DNA of 62,842 nucleotides, counting the filler, from Rhabdomonas costata (taxonomy: Eukaryota), in NCBI GenBank assembly GCA_019059605.1. It is 27 parts of 27 records of this genome, joined end to end, with 100 filler letters (N's around TTAATTAATTAA, not from the genome) between each part and the next. Parts side by side here need not be neighbours in the genome. Positions count along the whole stretch, not along the records: positions 1 to 2,234 come from JAHMHO010004654.1; positions 2,335 to 4,568 come from JAHMHO010004655.1; positions 4,669 to 6,902 come from JAHMHO010004656.1; positions 7,003 to 9,236 come from JAHMHO010004657.1; positions 9,337 to 11,570 come from JAHMHO010004658.1; 22 more parts are not named here. One strand, 5' to 3'. Position 1 is the first letter of the stretch. Every line of letters begins with the position of its first letter. Below are positions 1 to 11,460 of this stretch, piece after piece. The position numbers were made by a program, and so were the translations under genes. The notes beneath the pieces are model-generated. The model searched no databases. It was not told where the DNA came from and was given only the letters and a program-made list of their open reading frames with translations.

Positions 1-20
1 TGTGGGGGTGGGGTTGCGGC

Positions 21-1433
21 CTGCCCGGACAGCAGGATGCGGCTGCCAGCCGGGTCGAATTGCACCCCCTGCTGGCACTGCATGTGCCGCAGCAAGGCAC
101 CTGCATTCACGGTGTAGGAAGGGAGGAGGGCAATGTGGACGCAACGTGAGGGGTTTGGTAGAGGTTCAAAGGTAAAGGTTCTCTTTTCGGCGATACGCGT
201 GCATCAAAGCTGTAGCGAGACCAAATCAATGCTTCGTGACCAAGGAATGCCGCACTAATGCTGCCCATCTCTCACGCACCCACTCCCACACCCACACCAA
301 AACCCTCACCCACACATTTTCGGGGTTGAAAGTATGGCGAAGCATAACAAGGACATACAAAAATTTTGCAATTTTTGCGGTTTGCTGCCCATCTTTGTAC
401 TCACGTGGGCTGGACAGTTGCTGGTGATGGGAGCGTGATTCCCATCCGGAAACTGAAAATCACACTCCCTTTGGCCAAGCAGGCGGGGTGACGCAGCGGT
501 CGCACAAGCCGGGGCTTTTCTTCACTCCAGGAGATGACATACACACGTACACATATGTATTCTCGCTATCGCTTTCTGCCCCTCAACTCATGTCATCCCG
601 ACAGCCGGGCGACAGGCGGCTCTGTGGAGACCAGACTGAAAACGCCCGTGTGCCGGTTGGCTCACTATGTTGATGGAGTGCGTTGTGCCACGGAAACAAA
701 TGAACTTTAACCACGAATCGAAAAAACGACAAGGCAAACATCCGCTCACCCAGCACTGCATCGCACCAACCACACCTACCCACCCACACGCACCGCTGTT
801 ACACAGGGCGATCGCGTCGCGGAGGAAGTTGTGCTTCTGGCAGTACACCAGCCGCTCCACACACATATCAAAGATCGTGTTGAAGGTGGCCTCGTTGTAC
901 CTGCCCCCGGCCGTGAGCAAGATGGTGGGGAAGGGTGCCAGGACAGCGGAGGACAGAGAGAGAGAGGAAAAATAGTGTGCGAGAATAGCAGCAACGTATC
1001 AAGCGAGCATAAATCTTTGCCTAAACCAGGGATCCTCACACTTTCGCATTTTTCAGGAAATTTTCGTATTTTTTTTTTTGTGAATTTTCCTACATTTGCA
1101 CTCTGTCACCAAACAGAGAGGTCAAATTTTGCAAACAGCAGGATACATACAGTTTCAAACAACACCGCAACTTCTGTCCAGGCACAACGTGCCAACAAAA
1201 CGTTTTTTTAACAAAACTTTTCAAGACGCAAAACACGAGATGCCTAAACTTATCGCAAATCCAACGACTCTGTCTGCTCCCCTGCACGAAGTCCCTTTCC
1301 CTCATCCCTTAACTCTAAAAACAAAGAGCAGAACAGGGACTCGGGGGATGGGGCGTCGGGCGGACACGTACTTGTTGCCAGCAGGGGAGCCCTGCTTGCC
1401 GAGGAATACATGGTACACGGGAATGGTATTACT
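21..1433 (-). CDS. Uncharacterised protein, three internal exons (1372-1433, 794-900, 21-100)
   Basis: AG acceptors and GTACGT/GTGCGT donors with matching phases give SNTIPVYHVFLGKQGSPAGNK-YNEATFNTIFDMCVERLVYCQKHNFLRDAIALCNS-GALLRHMQCQQGVQFDPAGSRILLSGQ. Family not recognised. Confidence 0.65.
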
Positions 1434-2234
1434 CTGAGCAAATCATCAGCATCAGAAGCGGCGTGTGTGTTGGGCGCATTGCGTTCTGGCTGTTGCTTGG
1501 TTGACTGGTTGACTGGTTGCTGGTGATCACTGTGGACTGACTGGCGCACGCGCTGTTGGCGTGTGTGTGTGTGTGTGTGATTGGCAGCGTACGTTTGCAG
1601 AACAACAGCGGGAGCGGGATTGCAAACGGCAGAGAAACGCGGTGTTCTACACGCGCATTAGAAAGCCTTTCTCATTTATGCATTCAAAACGCGCAAGGGG
1701 ATTCACCACATTCCAACCATTTTATTTTAGAATTAGTAAACTTTTGATGGGGTACGGGGGCGAAAGCAGACAATGTGTGTGTGTGTGGTCTGTTTTACTA
1801 TTGATGTGTCATTGCGAGGAGGAGTGAGCGTGCGCCTTAAGGAAAAGGTTTAGTTTGACAGGGTTGGGAAAACTTGTTTCCAGCTGCATCGTTGAAAATC
1901 TCACGTTGTACACTGTACCTTAATTGGCCAATCCAAACCACACTCATGTGATAAAATCAACTGCAAAATAAATTCCGAAAAACCCGATGCACCCCCAACT
2001 AACGTTTGCAAGAAAAACAATGTTAGGTGGAGATAGGGTATCACCCGCAGACTCTAGTGCACCATGATAAGAGGCACGAGATGGGGAGTCAGAGAGGGAG
2101 AGCCAAATTTAATCCTCACCTTCAAAAAAGGGCATAAAGATGAAAAAGCCCACGTCTTGTCCAAGTCTTACGCACTTACGCAACTTGGGAGATCAACTAT
2201 GTTAAGTACGCTTCAATATACGCCACCCAACACC

Positions 2235-2334
2235 NNNNNNNNNNNNNNNNNNNNNNNNNNNNNNNNNNNNNNNNNNNNTTAATTAATTAANNNNNNNNNN
2301 NNNNNNNNNNNNNNNNNNNNNNNNNNNNNNNNNN
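2235..2334. other. Artificial contig linker (N44-TTAATTAATTAA-N44); first of 26 copies spaced about 2.33 kb apart
   Basis: Identical N-padded 12-mer giving stops in all six frames. Segments between linkers are all about 2.23 kb, i.e. length-sorted contigs. Adjacent segments are not genomic neighbours. Confidence 0.99.
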
Positions 2335-4057
2335 GGGTGGGTGGGAATTGTGGTCTTCTCCAGGCTAACCGAACTCTCAATGCCACTTGCGCGGTGCTTA
2401 ATCACCACAGCTCACTGCAGCAACGTGGGTTTCATTTCTGACTTAAGCACAGTGCCGTAGGATTGAAAGAGCAGCTATGAAATGGGTTACAAAAACTAAG
2501 CGAAAAGGGTGATAGGGATGGAAGGTGGCGGGGACTGGAAGGTGATAGCGGACGAAAGGCATAATTGCAATGAGATGAGATTCGGGCAAACTGAATGCAG
2601 AGAGCCGAGGAGATGCACAGGTGTAGAGATGTAGGACGCGGTGCGGCAGTGGAAAGATGGGGGAGGAAGGGAAAGATGTCTTGTGCTCTGTTCTCGCAGG
2701 GTATGTTGTGCATGCACTTGGCTCCTTTGTGTTATTTTTATCCTTTCTCTCTCCTCAGTCTGCGTACACCGGTGTCCCTGGCATGGTCTACGGTCCTGGA
2801 GTTGGGCCTGGGTACATATACTGAGACGATTCAGTAAGAGCAGTGACCCAGACTCTCCATCGGAAGGCCCGGGTGGGTGTGGGGTGGGCCTTCTCTTGCT
2901 TCTCTGTTCGGGAGCTCCTGAGCCCATCTTTTGCTTCTCTACTCATGATCTATCTCCAGTATGGCAATGTCTTGGTGGTGCACGGAAGCATTATGCGCTC
3001 TTTGTCATTTATGTCCTCTGCGACCCCTTGGGCCGCTTGTGCGCTTTCGCGTGCACAGAGTCTTTGCGTTTTGTGAAAACCGCTGTCTCCACTCCTAATT
3101 CGTATTGCTTGACGAAGGTGCGTGGGTATATTATTGCCAGTCTGCAGATTAGCCAATCCATTTGGATTCTGTGGTAGCGTTAACGTGTGTGTGTGTGTGT
3201 GAGCGTGAAGGAGGGCGTGCTGCCCAATCCGAACCCCAGAGTACTCTTGTACACCTCCCCATATTTTATGATTCTCTCTCTGGGCGCTTTGTGTAAGTCT
3301 GAGGCTTTCGCATCTCTCCTTCGATTGCTTGCATCTGTTTCTGTAAGGTGGGAGAGCCCTTTGCTCCCTTTTCGGTGTGTTATGCAGCACATACGCACAT
3401 ATGGGTGTGGTTTTCAACCTTTGCATCCGTGTCCTATTTTCTATGTGAGAATATTGTTCTTCTTTTTGTTATGGGTTATGGGTATTCAAGAAGCGAATTG
3501 GGGACGTGATTGCATTCACTTGCATGAAAGAATTCCGCTGTTGAGCTGTCAATTCGGAGTAAGCGCTTCAGGGTTCAGGACTTGAGGACAAAGAACTATG
3601 CCCAATTTGGAGCCATATGGGGTCACCCATCCGTGTGGGTTATGTCCACTCGAAAACGATGGACCCCCAGAAAACGGTGACTCCTTCGCTTTTCTTTTGA
3701 TGATATGGAGCATAGAGTACCCACTGGATTTCAAAGTCACAGCACAATGAGAACCAACCCAACCCACAAGAAATTTGGGGGTGGAACATTCACCGCAAGG
3801 CTTAGGCTTCTTGCAGACCGATGGTTTGGCAAGCCGGAAAGATCATCCTGCAAAGCCGTGCTCGCCCGGGCGCTTGAGACTCGGTATTGCGAACGATTTT
3901 TTGTGAGACTCACTGACCCGCGGAGAAGTAGCCAGCGTAACCACCGTTCCAGAGATGTGGCTTGAGATCCAGGGTATTTGGTATTGGCTGAGAGCCTTTC
4001 CTTCCTTCCCTCTTGTTTGACCTTCCCTCCAGCAAGCACTACACCTGCTTAACAACA

Positions 4058-4339
4058 ATGCGAGTTCTTTCTCTTCTCGTGCCGCTGCTTTTTGTGGCCT
4101 TCGGGCTGGCCACGGATGTGAAGGGGGTTGTCAACCTGGACTCAGTGACTTTTTCGAAGCTCGTGGGGACGCCAAACTTCCACGTTTTCGTGAAGTTTGA
4201 CAAGCAGTACCCTTTCGGTGACAAGGTGCGTGGTTTCCCTGTTCACCGGCTTTTATGGGGCAGTTGCAAACTTTTTAGTACTTCTCATCATCATCCTTCG
4301 TTTCTCACAGGAGGACCAGTTCAAAGAATTCGCCAAGAG
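4058..4339 (+). CDS. ERP29: ERp29-like ER protein, 5' part (exons 4058-4225, 4311-4339)
   Basis: Signal peptide, then KGVVNLDSVTFSKLV...VFVKFDKQYPFGDK|EDQFKEFAK, matching the ERp29 N-domain pattern (LVKFDxxYPYGEKQDEFK). GT-AG intron at 4226-4310; next donor is probably GCGTGT. Confidence 0.85.
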
Positions 4340-4668
4340 GCGTGTTACGCATTGGCATCACGGATACTTTTGCCCCCCCCCCCTGCATATGCAAGGCTGC
4401 TGGGTTGTGGCTTGTGAGCTCGATAGCGCTTTCCTGATGTCAATGTCTGGTGTTCATCAGCAAAAGCAAAAAAATAATGCATACAAGATCAAGAAACGAA
4501 TTCAAGAAGGGAACAATCAATTGCACGAGACAAAACAGATCATATCCATGCACAGGAAAAAAACCACANNNNNNNNNNNNNNNNNNNNNNNNNNNNNNNN
4601 NNNNNNNNNNNNTTAATTAATTAANNNNNNNNNNNNNNNNNNNNNNNNNNNNNNNNNNNNNNNNNNNN

Positions 4669-6858
4669 GTGTGGGGTGAATAGGGGGGAGGTCGATGAGA
4701 AGGCCAGGGACACGGAGGTGGCATTGACCGCGTTGGGCTCCATCATTGGGGAGAAGCTGCTGTAGTACAGCAGGGGAAAGAACAGCACTACCATCACGCC
4801 AACGAACCCGCAGACCCCGCAGTAGAACTTCGGCCACAGTGGGAAGGGCTCGCCCAGGGCGCGGTTCCACGTCTTGGAGTCCTCCAGGTTGGCGCGGGTT
4901 TGCAGGAGCTCGTGGTGGATGTCCTGAAAGAGGTTATTCACGCCAACTTATCATTGCTTCCTTTAAAGGCAACTTGTGGCTTGTAAGAGAAGCTTGCAGC
5001 CGTATCAATCCCTAGTATGGGAATGCTGGAACCAACTTGGGGCTCGATCCCAATACAGAACCGGCGCTGTGCGGGGTGTAGGTTATGGTGTGGGGATGGA
5101 TTGGCGGAGCGGGGGAAGGGAAGGTAGGGTGGGGAGTATCCTGTGGTTGCCCTGGTTGTGACTGTTGCGGTGGCAGTGGCGGCAGCAGCGGTGGTGGTAG
5201 TGGTGATGATGGTGTGTGTCCTTCCACAAGTGCCAGTTTCAAACTACACATATACCCGCGTCACAGCAGCGGCATCTTTTGCTGTTTTTTGGAACCTGGT
5301 CAGTGCACCTGTTTCACAAGTACACGCATTCACAGCAGCCTCTTGAAACGAAGCTTAAAACTTGGGCGAACAAGTTGATTCGGTGTTGACACTGCCCTCC
5401 TACAAGTTCGAGTCCCTGCAGTGCGGTTTCAGAAGCCCGCCCAGGCTGTTCGGTCCATCGGAGGCGCCATGACGTATTCACCTCGGGGATGCAGCATCAC
5501 AGCAAAACCCATCATTATGATTTGCCCCAAGCACATACTGAACACTTTGTCACTCACATTTGCTCCCTTACGAGCATCATGAGTATAGTGGAAAACACGG
5601 ATGGTGATGCGGATCCTTCACGGTGCAACGTAACTCTGCATATTCTTGTCCACTTTCACTTCAAATCAATGCGGCTTCCCTCACTGCTGCAGCGGGGCAG
5701 ATCGAACGATCAATCCTGTTGTTCATGCTGGGCATTCATCTTCTCCAAAATCCCTTGACTGGAAAAGCATAAAGTTTGCAGCGAACAAGCATAGCAACCA
5801 CTTCGGAAAACAAATCTGAGCTGTTCACGGCGCAGGAACCTCCAGGGTGAGCCAGTACCAGAACTTCAAGGAGGTTGGGGTAAAGGCCCAGTCCAGCAGG
5901 CAGCGCATCTCAAACACAAAAGGAATCATTCGGAAGCCCTGGTACGTGTAGAACCGAACCTCGGAGTACTTGTCAGTCAGCCGGTCCTTCGTCACCAGCG
6001 GAAACCCACACCGCACCTGAATGCATCGAAGATACGAAAACCACACCGATGTGCGCCGGTCACATGTCATCGTGGTCACCCAAGCGATCACAGATCAGGA
6101 GAACTGGCTTTTCTGCCAAGTGGGAAATCCACGCGGGCGCGCTGATAAAGTGTGCGTAAAACATAACAACTGGAGTTCAAGCCGAAGCTGGAAACGGCCG
6201 CGCGTTGGTCCGTAAGATGAGCTTCGGTGTATCGCCGCACCTGTGCCGCGGAGAGGGTGAGGTACGCGAGGTACACTGCGAACAAGCCCAGCAGAGGGCC
6301 CTGGGCGCTTTCCACATAGCTGGGCATTTTCTGCGCCAACCACAACGGAAACAGGATCGTCCCGTAGAATGCCACTGACGGGAGAGGGAGGGAAAGGTGC
6401 GAGTTGGACCCTTTTGGGGGGCCGATGCCCGTTCTCCAATTTTTTCCCTCCGAAACTTTGAGCCCGTTCTGAGGTAATGGTGTCCCCTGGTGTCATCTGT
6501 CTGGCCCGGAAATCTGCCAATTCCGTTTCTATGCGAAGCATCCAAAATCATCTGGTTGGTACTATCCTTACCACACTATTATTAGAGGGAAAGAGCGCAT
6601 GATCAATTCACAGCGGTGCCCTTCCCCCCAAAAACATGTTCCATCGCAGATATTGCGCAGTGCAAGTGCTGCTCGGTGCTCACTCTTGCAAAGCAAAAAT
6701 ACGGTCGGGGCAGAGGTACCGAGGAACAGCACGCTGATGGAGAGGTGGACGACCAGCTTGACCTTCAGCGAGCGGGTGACGTACAGGATACGGTCCACGG
6801 TGATCAGCAAAAACAGCCCCAGCTGAGTCAGCACAAGGCTTCCGGGGAGCAAATTGTT
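4669..6858 (-). CDS. PIEZO: Piezo-family mechanosensitive channel, anchor/outer-helix region (exons 6720-6858, 6241-6374, 5840-6016, <4669-4923)
   Basis: LSAAQVRCGFP...YQGFRMIPFVFEMRCLLDWAFTPTSLKFWYWLTLEDI matches the conserved Piezo PFxxE(x6)W motif region. All junctions are GT-AG and in phase. Confidence 0.93.
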
Positions 6859-7479
6859 CTGCGATAGTGAAGAGACACCAACCCCCAAACTCACCCAACA
6901 CTNNNNNNNNNNNNNNNNNNNNNNNNNNNNNNNNNNNNNNNNNNNNTTAATTAATTAANNNNNNNNNNNNNNNNNNNNNNNNNNNNNNNNNNNNNNNNNN
7001 NNGTTTTGGGGGAATGACGTTCTTCTCAATGACTCATGGGGTTTCACCAATGATAATGCAGGACATTTCCCACCCCGCTAACCAAAAGGTGATCAACAAG
7101 GGAAAACAAACTAGAGATAAATTAAAAAGTTGAAAGCAATCTCATTCCAAGAAGCTTTTCATACTCTCGGCTAAGATGGCATCTCAAAGTGGCTGACTCA
7201 TTCCGCTTTTCTTTTGATGGAAGGTAACCAACCCGCCTTTTCCGCTGATAAAAAACTGGGAATTGCAACACAAAACTGATCTGGAGCGAGAATACAGTAC
7301 AATAATTCACCAGAAAGGGAAGAAAAGGCGGAAATTGTTTATTGACAGATGGTAACACAAACGGAACCAGACGCACGCTTCCCAACCAAGCCAACGTTCA
7401 ACGCATAATCCTGCAGCAAAACACATGTTAGGTATACAAAGCACATGTTAGGTATACACAGGCATCGCCACCCAAAAAA

Positions 7480-9236
7480 CGTCCCAAAAGGTTGCGGGAT
7501 GGTGAGCATGTGGCGGGCTCACGGCGTGGGTGTCGTGTCAGGAGCGGCCGCCGCTGTCGCGGAAGAGGAAGGTGAGGGCTCACGGGGAACGTTTTCCACA
7601 ACCTGGGCACCCCAGCCCCCCACAAGTCAGGGCGGCCAAGAGTGAAGAGTGAGGAGCTTTAAGTACGTGGTGCGCGTGAATAGTGAGCTTCCTGATGTTT
7701 GTCCTTTCTCCTGCACATTGTTTTAACTTTTGTTTGGTTCCGCCTCTCACCCTTGGATCAATGGCCGCTCGAGCGCTTCCACGACCCCAACCTGTACGGG
7801 GGGCCCCGAGTCAGGAGGAGACCTGCGTAAAACCTTCGCTCCTGAGCCCACTTGCTTGTCTGTGATCACGCGCAGACTTCCCTCTTGCGCAGTGCTGGAG
7901 GTCGCCCTCCCACCCGCCACAAGCATGCCCACGCGCTGACTTCTCGCACTCTCCCCTCACGTCCCGGACCTGGACCGTTTCTGTTACCGTCTCTTTTGTT
8001 CCTTTGTCTCCCGTGGACGTGTTTTCTGTGCTGGTGGGGAGAAAACAATAGTTTCCGAAGGAAACGTTGCTCTTGCATCCTGCCTTCTCATCTCATCACT
8101 CTCCTAATCTTGGTATGGTTGCCCCCACAAACTGAAACCGAACTGCTTTCTCTGTTTTCGTACAGGTTGTCGGTTGTCGATCTGCTGAGGTTTTGCATTT
8201 TTGCATTGTTTTGAGGAGACTTTTCCACCCCTTCACCACCTAAAAGCGCGGTTATGGAAACGGGGTATCATCAGACTTGGTCTGTGATGCTTAAGTAGGC
8301 ACACGGTTCGGCGCAGCTTTGCAACTTCCTTCTAACGACACCCACAAAATCTTTTCAGCTCACCGCCTCCGACTGCAATACCACTTCATCATTGCCAATC
8401 GGGACCTAGGGCACAATGCATTCAAAAAAAATGTCGTTGTCCATTGCATCAGCTCTGACTGAAGCTTGATGAAGGGAGAGAGAAAGGTGATCCAGAAGGG
8501 AAAACGGGAAGGAGGGGGCGCTGGCAAATACCATTTGTGCGGGTGGGGTGGTGCACCGTGTGGGGAAGTCACGGCCCTCCGGAGGGTCCCCACTGCCAAG
8601 GGCGCCCTCCGCGGCCATCCCACAAGCTGCGTCGCAGCCGCAGACGGGGCAACTGCCTGGAATACAGGTATGAGTGATGCCACTGTCACGATGAGGCTTT
8701 CATATGCCGCGACAGTGGGGGTGGAGGATGGGAAGGGGGTTGAGAGGATTACAACAGCTGCTTGCTCTGCTTTGGAGATATACGTGCCGGGTCGAAAGTC
8801 CGCAGTTTTCAGACTAGAACACAGAGGCGACCTTCAAAGTCATAGGCACCGAATGGCCCACTGAGCTCCTTCACACCAAACCCTCCAAAGTCCATCAAAC
8901 ACAATGATACGTCGGGAAACCACCGCGGTTGGGGAAATCCACCCGCAAAGCAACGAAAAAATTTCCACATTCCAAATTTCCGTCATGATTTTCAGGTTAA
9001 GGTTTGCACAATTGTTGCAGCAACATGGGCACAAAGACGCACAACAACACGAGAGATTTTGTGTTAAGAACCTGAAAGCACTGACCAGTGTGCATGTAAG
9101 TGAGGGGAAAGAGATGGGGTTGACCTTCGCCGTCCACCTCGGGTGTCGGGTGCGGCGCCGCGGTGGTAGTGATCCCGCACAGTAGCCTGGCCTCCCCCGC
9201 GAGGTGGTGCACGGTGCGCGGGGTGAGCTGCACACC
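7480..9236 (-). CDS. Uncharacterised low-complexity protein, about 4 putative exons
   Basis: GC-rich blocks near 9125-9236, 8557-8656, 7751-7821 and 7480-7601 are bounded by AG/GT and phase-compatible (...EVDGE-GSCPVCGCDAACG...FPTR-SPPDSGPP...). No recognisable domain. Confidence 0.35.
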
Positions 9237-9336
9237 NNNNNNNNNNNNNNNNNNNNNNNNNNNNNNNNNNNNNNNNNNNNTTAATTAATTAANNNNNNNN
9301 NNNNNNNNNNNNNNNNNNNNNNNNNNNNNNNNNNNN

Positions 9337-11460
9337 GGTGTGTTGTTTATGTAACAATCCGGGTGTCGAACCCGTTGAATCAAGGGAGATCGAGGAGATA
9401 GCCTGCGAGCCGCGACCTAAAGACACTGTGCCACCAACGCAGGAGAAGAAGCACCTTTTTTGCAAGGCAACCCCAGCAGGTGCAGCTTTAAATCCACAAC
9501 CACCAGCTGTCCTACCTGTAGCACCACTGGTGAGAAATGCGGTGCCACCTGGTGGGTTTCTGCCGCCACCAGGTGGCACCGCCAGGGTCTTCTTGCCAGG
9601 AGCTTTGGTAGTTGATGTTGACTGCGACATAGTATACCAGGCGGTGTACGGTCTCGAAGCCTTCGTCAACCGCAGTCACATGCTCGCCAAGGTCGAAAAT
9701 TCTCGCTCTTCGTTGGCCGCCCACATGACGCGGATGGTCGTTGCAGCGAGGTATCTCTACCACGTTGTTCTTGGTGTGCCCGTTGAGCAACTCCAGCGGA
9801 TGCCAACTGTATTCAATTTGAACCGACCCCAAGTCGACTTGTTTCCAGACGCTCGAATGTATAGCTTGTATCCTGAGGCCATGCTTAGAGCGGGGCAAGG
9901 ACTTGGAATCCGTCAAGGGTCGCAGTTGTGCCGGGTTGTTTTACCTGCTGGTTGCTTGCATAAACCTGACTATCAGATCGGCCGTCGACCAGTTCAGGTC
10001 ATTACCCCTGATGGGCTCATGGAGGTCAAGTACAACAAAGAACTACACCGTCAGAATAAGGAGGCGGGAACGGTTTTCACTCATGAACGGTCCTACTTTT
10101 AGGTTGGCGCAGGATGGTACCACAGACTTCCTTTTCAATCGACAGAGCATCTTGCCTGGGCGTTACATAGTCACCGCAAGCCAAATTAGAACTTGTGTTG
10201 ATGGACAGGTGTTGACGCGGTCATACCGGTGCGAAGCCGTGCGTCAGCGTCTGAGGTATAGCATTTCAATGGTCCATGCCGATCGTTCCTTGGCGCCATC
10301 CAGCCCTGGTGGGGCTCAGAATTTCAGTACCACCATTGCGATATGGTTAAGGTGCTCAGCTTTCCAGACACGTACTCTGCTGAGTTGCGGGAGTCAGCAC
10401 AAACAAAAACAGGAAGAAGAAAGGCAAGGAAAACCAGTGTGGATACGTACGTGCTGAGTCAACACATCTTGATTTCACTGAAGTTGGCATGCCTTGTCCA
10501 GTGCCCGTGCCCCCACAGGTATTGGCTAAGCTGATGCCTACCGCAATGGGGTTGAAATATGAGGATGGGCCTCCTGAGCTGAGTGTGATGTGCAACACAA
10601 TCAGCCAAAAAGCCGCTTCTGAATTGGAAAAACTCGATTTCCCACCCCAATGGGTTGGACAAGCAAGTGTGGCTGTGTATGGGTTGGCTGCCTTTGAGTC
10701 AGTGAGGAGCAAGGTTGCGGTTGGATCTTCTTTGGAACAGGCCTTCCGCAGCATGCGGGAGCAGTACGAACCTTCTGATCCTCGGAAGAAGAAATAAAAT
10801 GGCAAACTCACCCCTGGTGTCATTCCCCCCGGTTTTGAAACAGATGTTCATAATGTGTGTTCGTTCTTGTCCCGGGGGTCTTCGTGTAATTTGGTCGGCC
10901 GGAATCTTGACTTGCCCATTTTCCAGTGTTTGGGCGCCGAAGTTGAAGATATCGAAGAGCAAATTTCGGTAGACGACGCCGACATCCAGGAGGTTAGTTG
11001 CAGGTATTGTGGTGGTCGTGGACCAGGATTGGTGTCGCGGGAGGGTTGCTTCATTTGCCTCCGCAAACAGCGTATCATTGCGGGGTTAAAACCAGGAGCT
11101 TCAATCAATACATCGCCCAGACAAAGATGCCGAGAGCAGTACCACGGCCTCAATGTTTATGGTGTGATTATACCAGGCCTTGCATACCTTCGGGCCGCCT
11201 CCATGCGCATCAATGAAGTTAAGGCTTTAGCGGCAAGGCAACTCGCGCCAACGCCCAAGTTTGAACCTGGATTGCATGGGCTGCTCATGTCTTGGCTAAA
11301 GGAGAATTATGAAGCTTTGTTTCCTACATTCACGTCTACTGATTTCTCTTTTGGAACCGACGCGGATCAGCAGTTTGAGATCTGGAATGCACACTTTCCA
11401 AGAGCCACCGCGCACCGCTAATGCCCGCGCGTGGCCAATGGTGAAGCGTGACTTCCTCAC
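9337..11460 (+). pseudogene. Disrupted replicase of a noda/tombus-like positive-strand RNA virus (candidate endogenous viral element)
   Basis: Intronless ORF chain 9338-10102, ~10100-10457, 10384-10797, 10798-11421, ~11414-11465 linked by frameshifts and stops. C-terminal segment LKPGASI...C...GLNVYGVIIP...NEVKALAARQLAPTP...WLKENYEALFP...FEIWNAHFP resembles the RdRp-proximal region of this virus group. The upstream H-x6-G-x5-E-x2-Y-x5-DG pattern resembles their capping domain. No GDD core is present. Confidence 0.7.

Noticed and set aside
2279-2290. Regularly spaced TTAATTAATTAA as a biological repeat or CRISPR-like array
   Set aside because: Always embedded in N44 padding; it is an artificial six-frame-stop linker.
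2690-2824. Possible 1-nt micro-exon (ctcgcag-G-gtatgt) before a terminal exon SAYTGVPGMVYGPGVGPGYIY*
   Set aside because: No homology fixes the phase and several alternative splices fit, so it cannot be supported without transcripts.
5385-5470. tRNA or tRNA-Sec-like sequence (GTTCGAGTCC on plus; GCGGGCTTCTGAAACC on minus)
   Set aside because: The two motifs are on opposite strands and no cloverleaf with an acceptor stem can be built.
7422-7458. 20-bp tandem duplication cacatgttaggtataca
   Set aside because: An ordinary local duplication in non-coding DNA.
10100-10262. Stop-codon reassignment giving a continuous frame through TAG/TAG/TGA/TAG in the viral element
   Set aside because: It requires two stop types to be reassigned, the +1 frame is open and fits the motif better, and host genes end normally in TAG or TGA.
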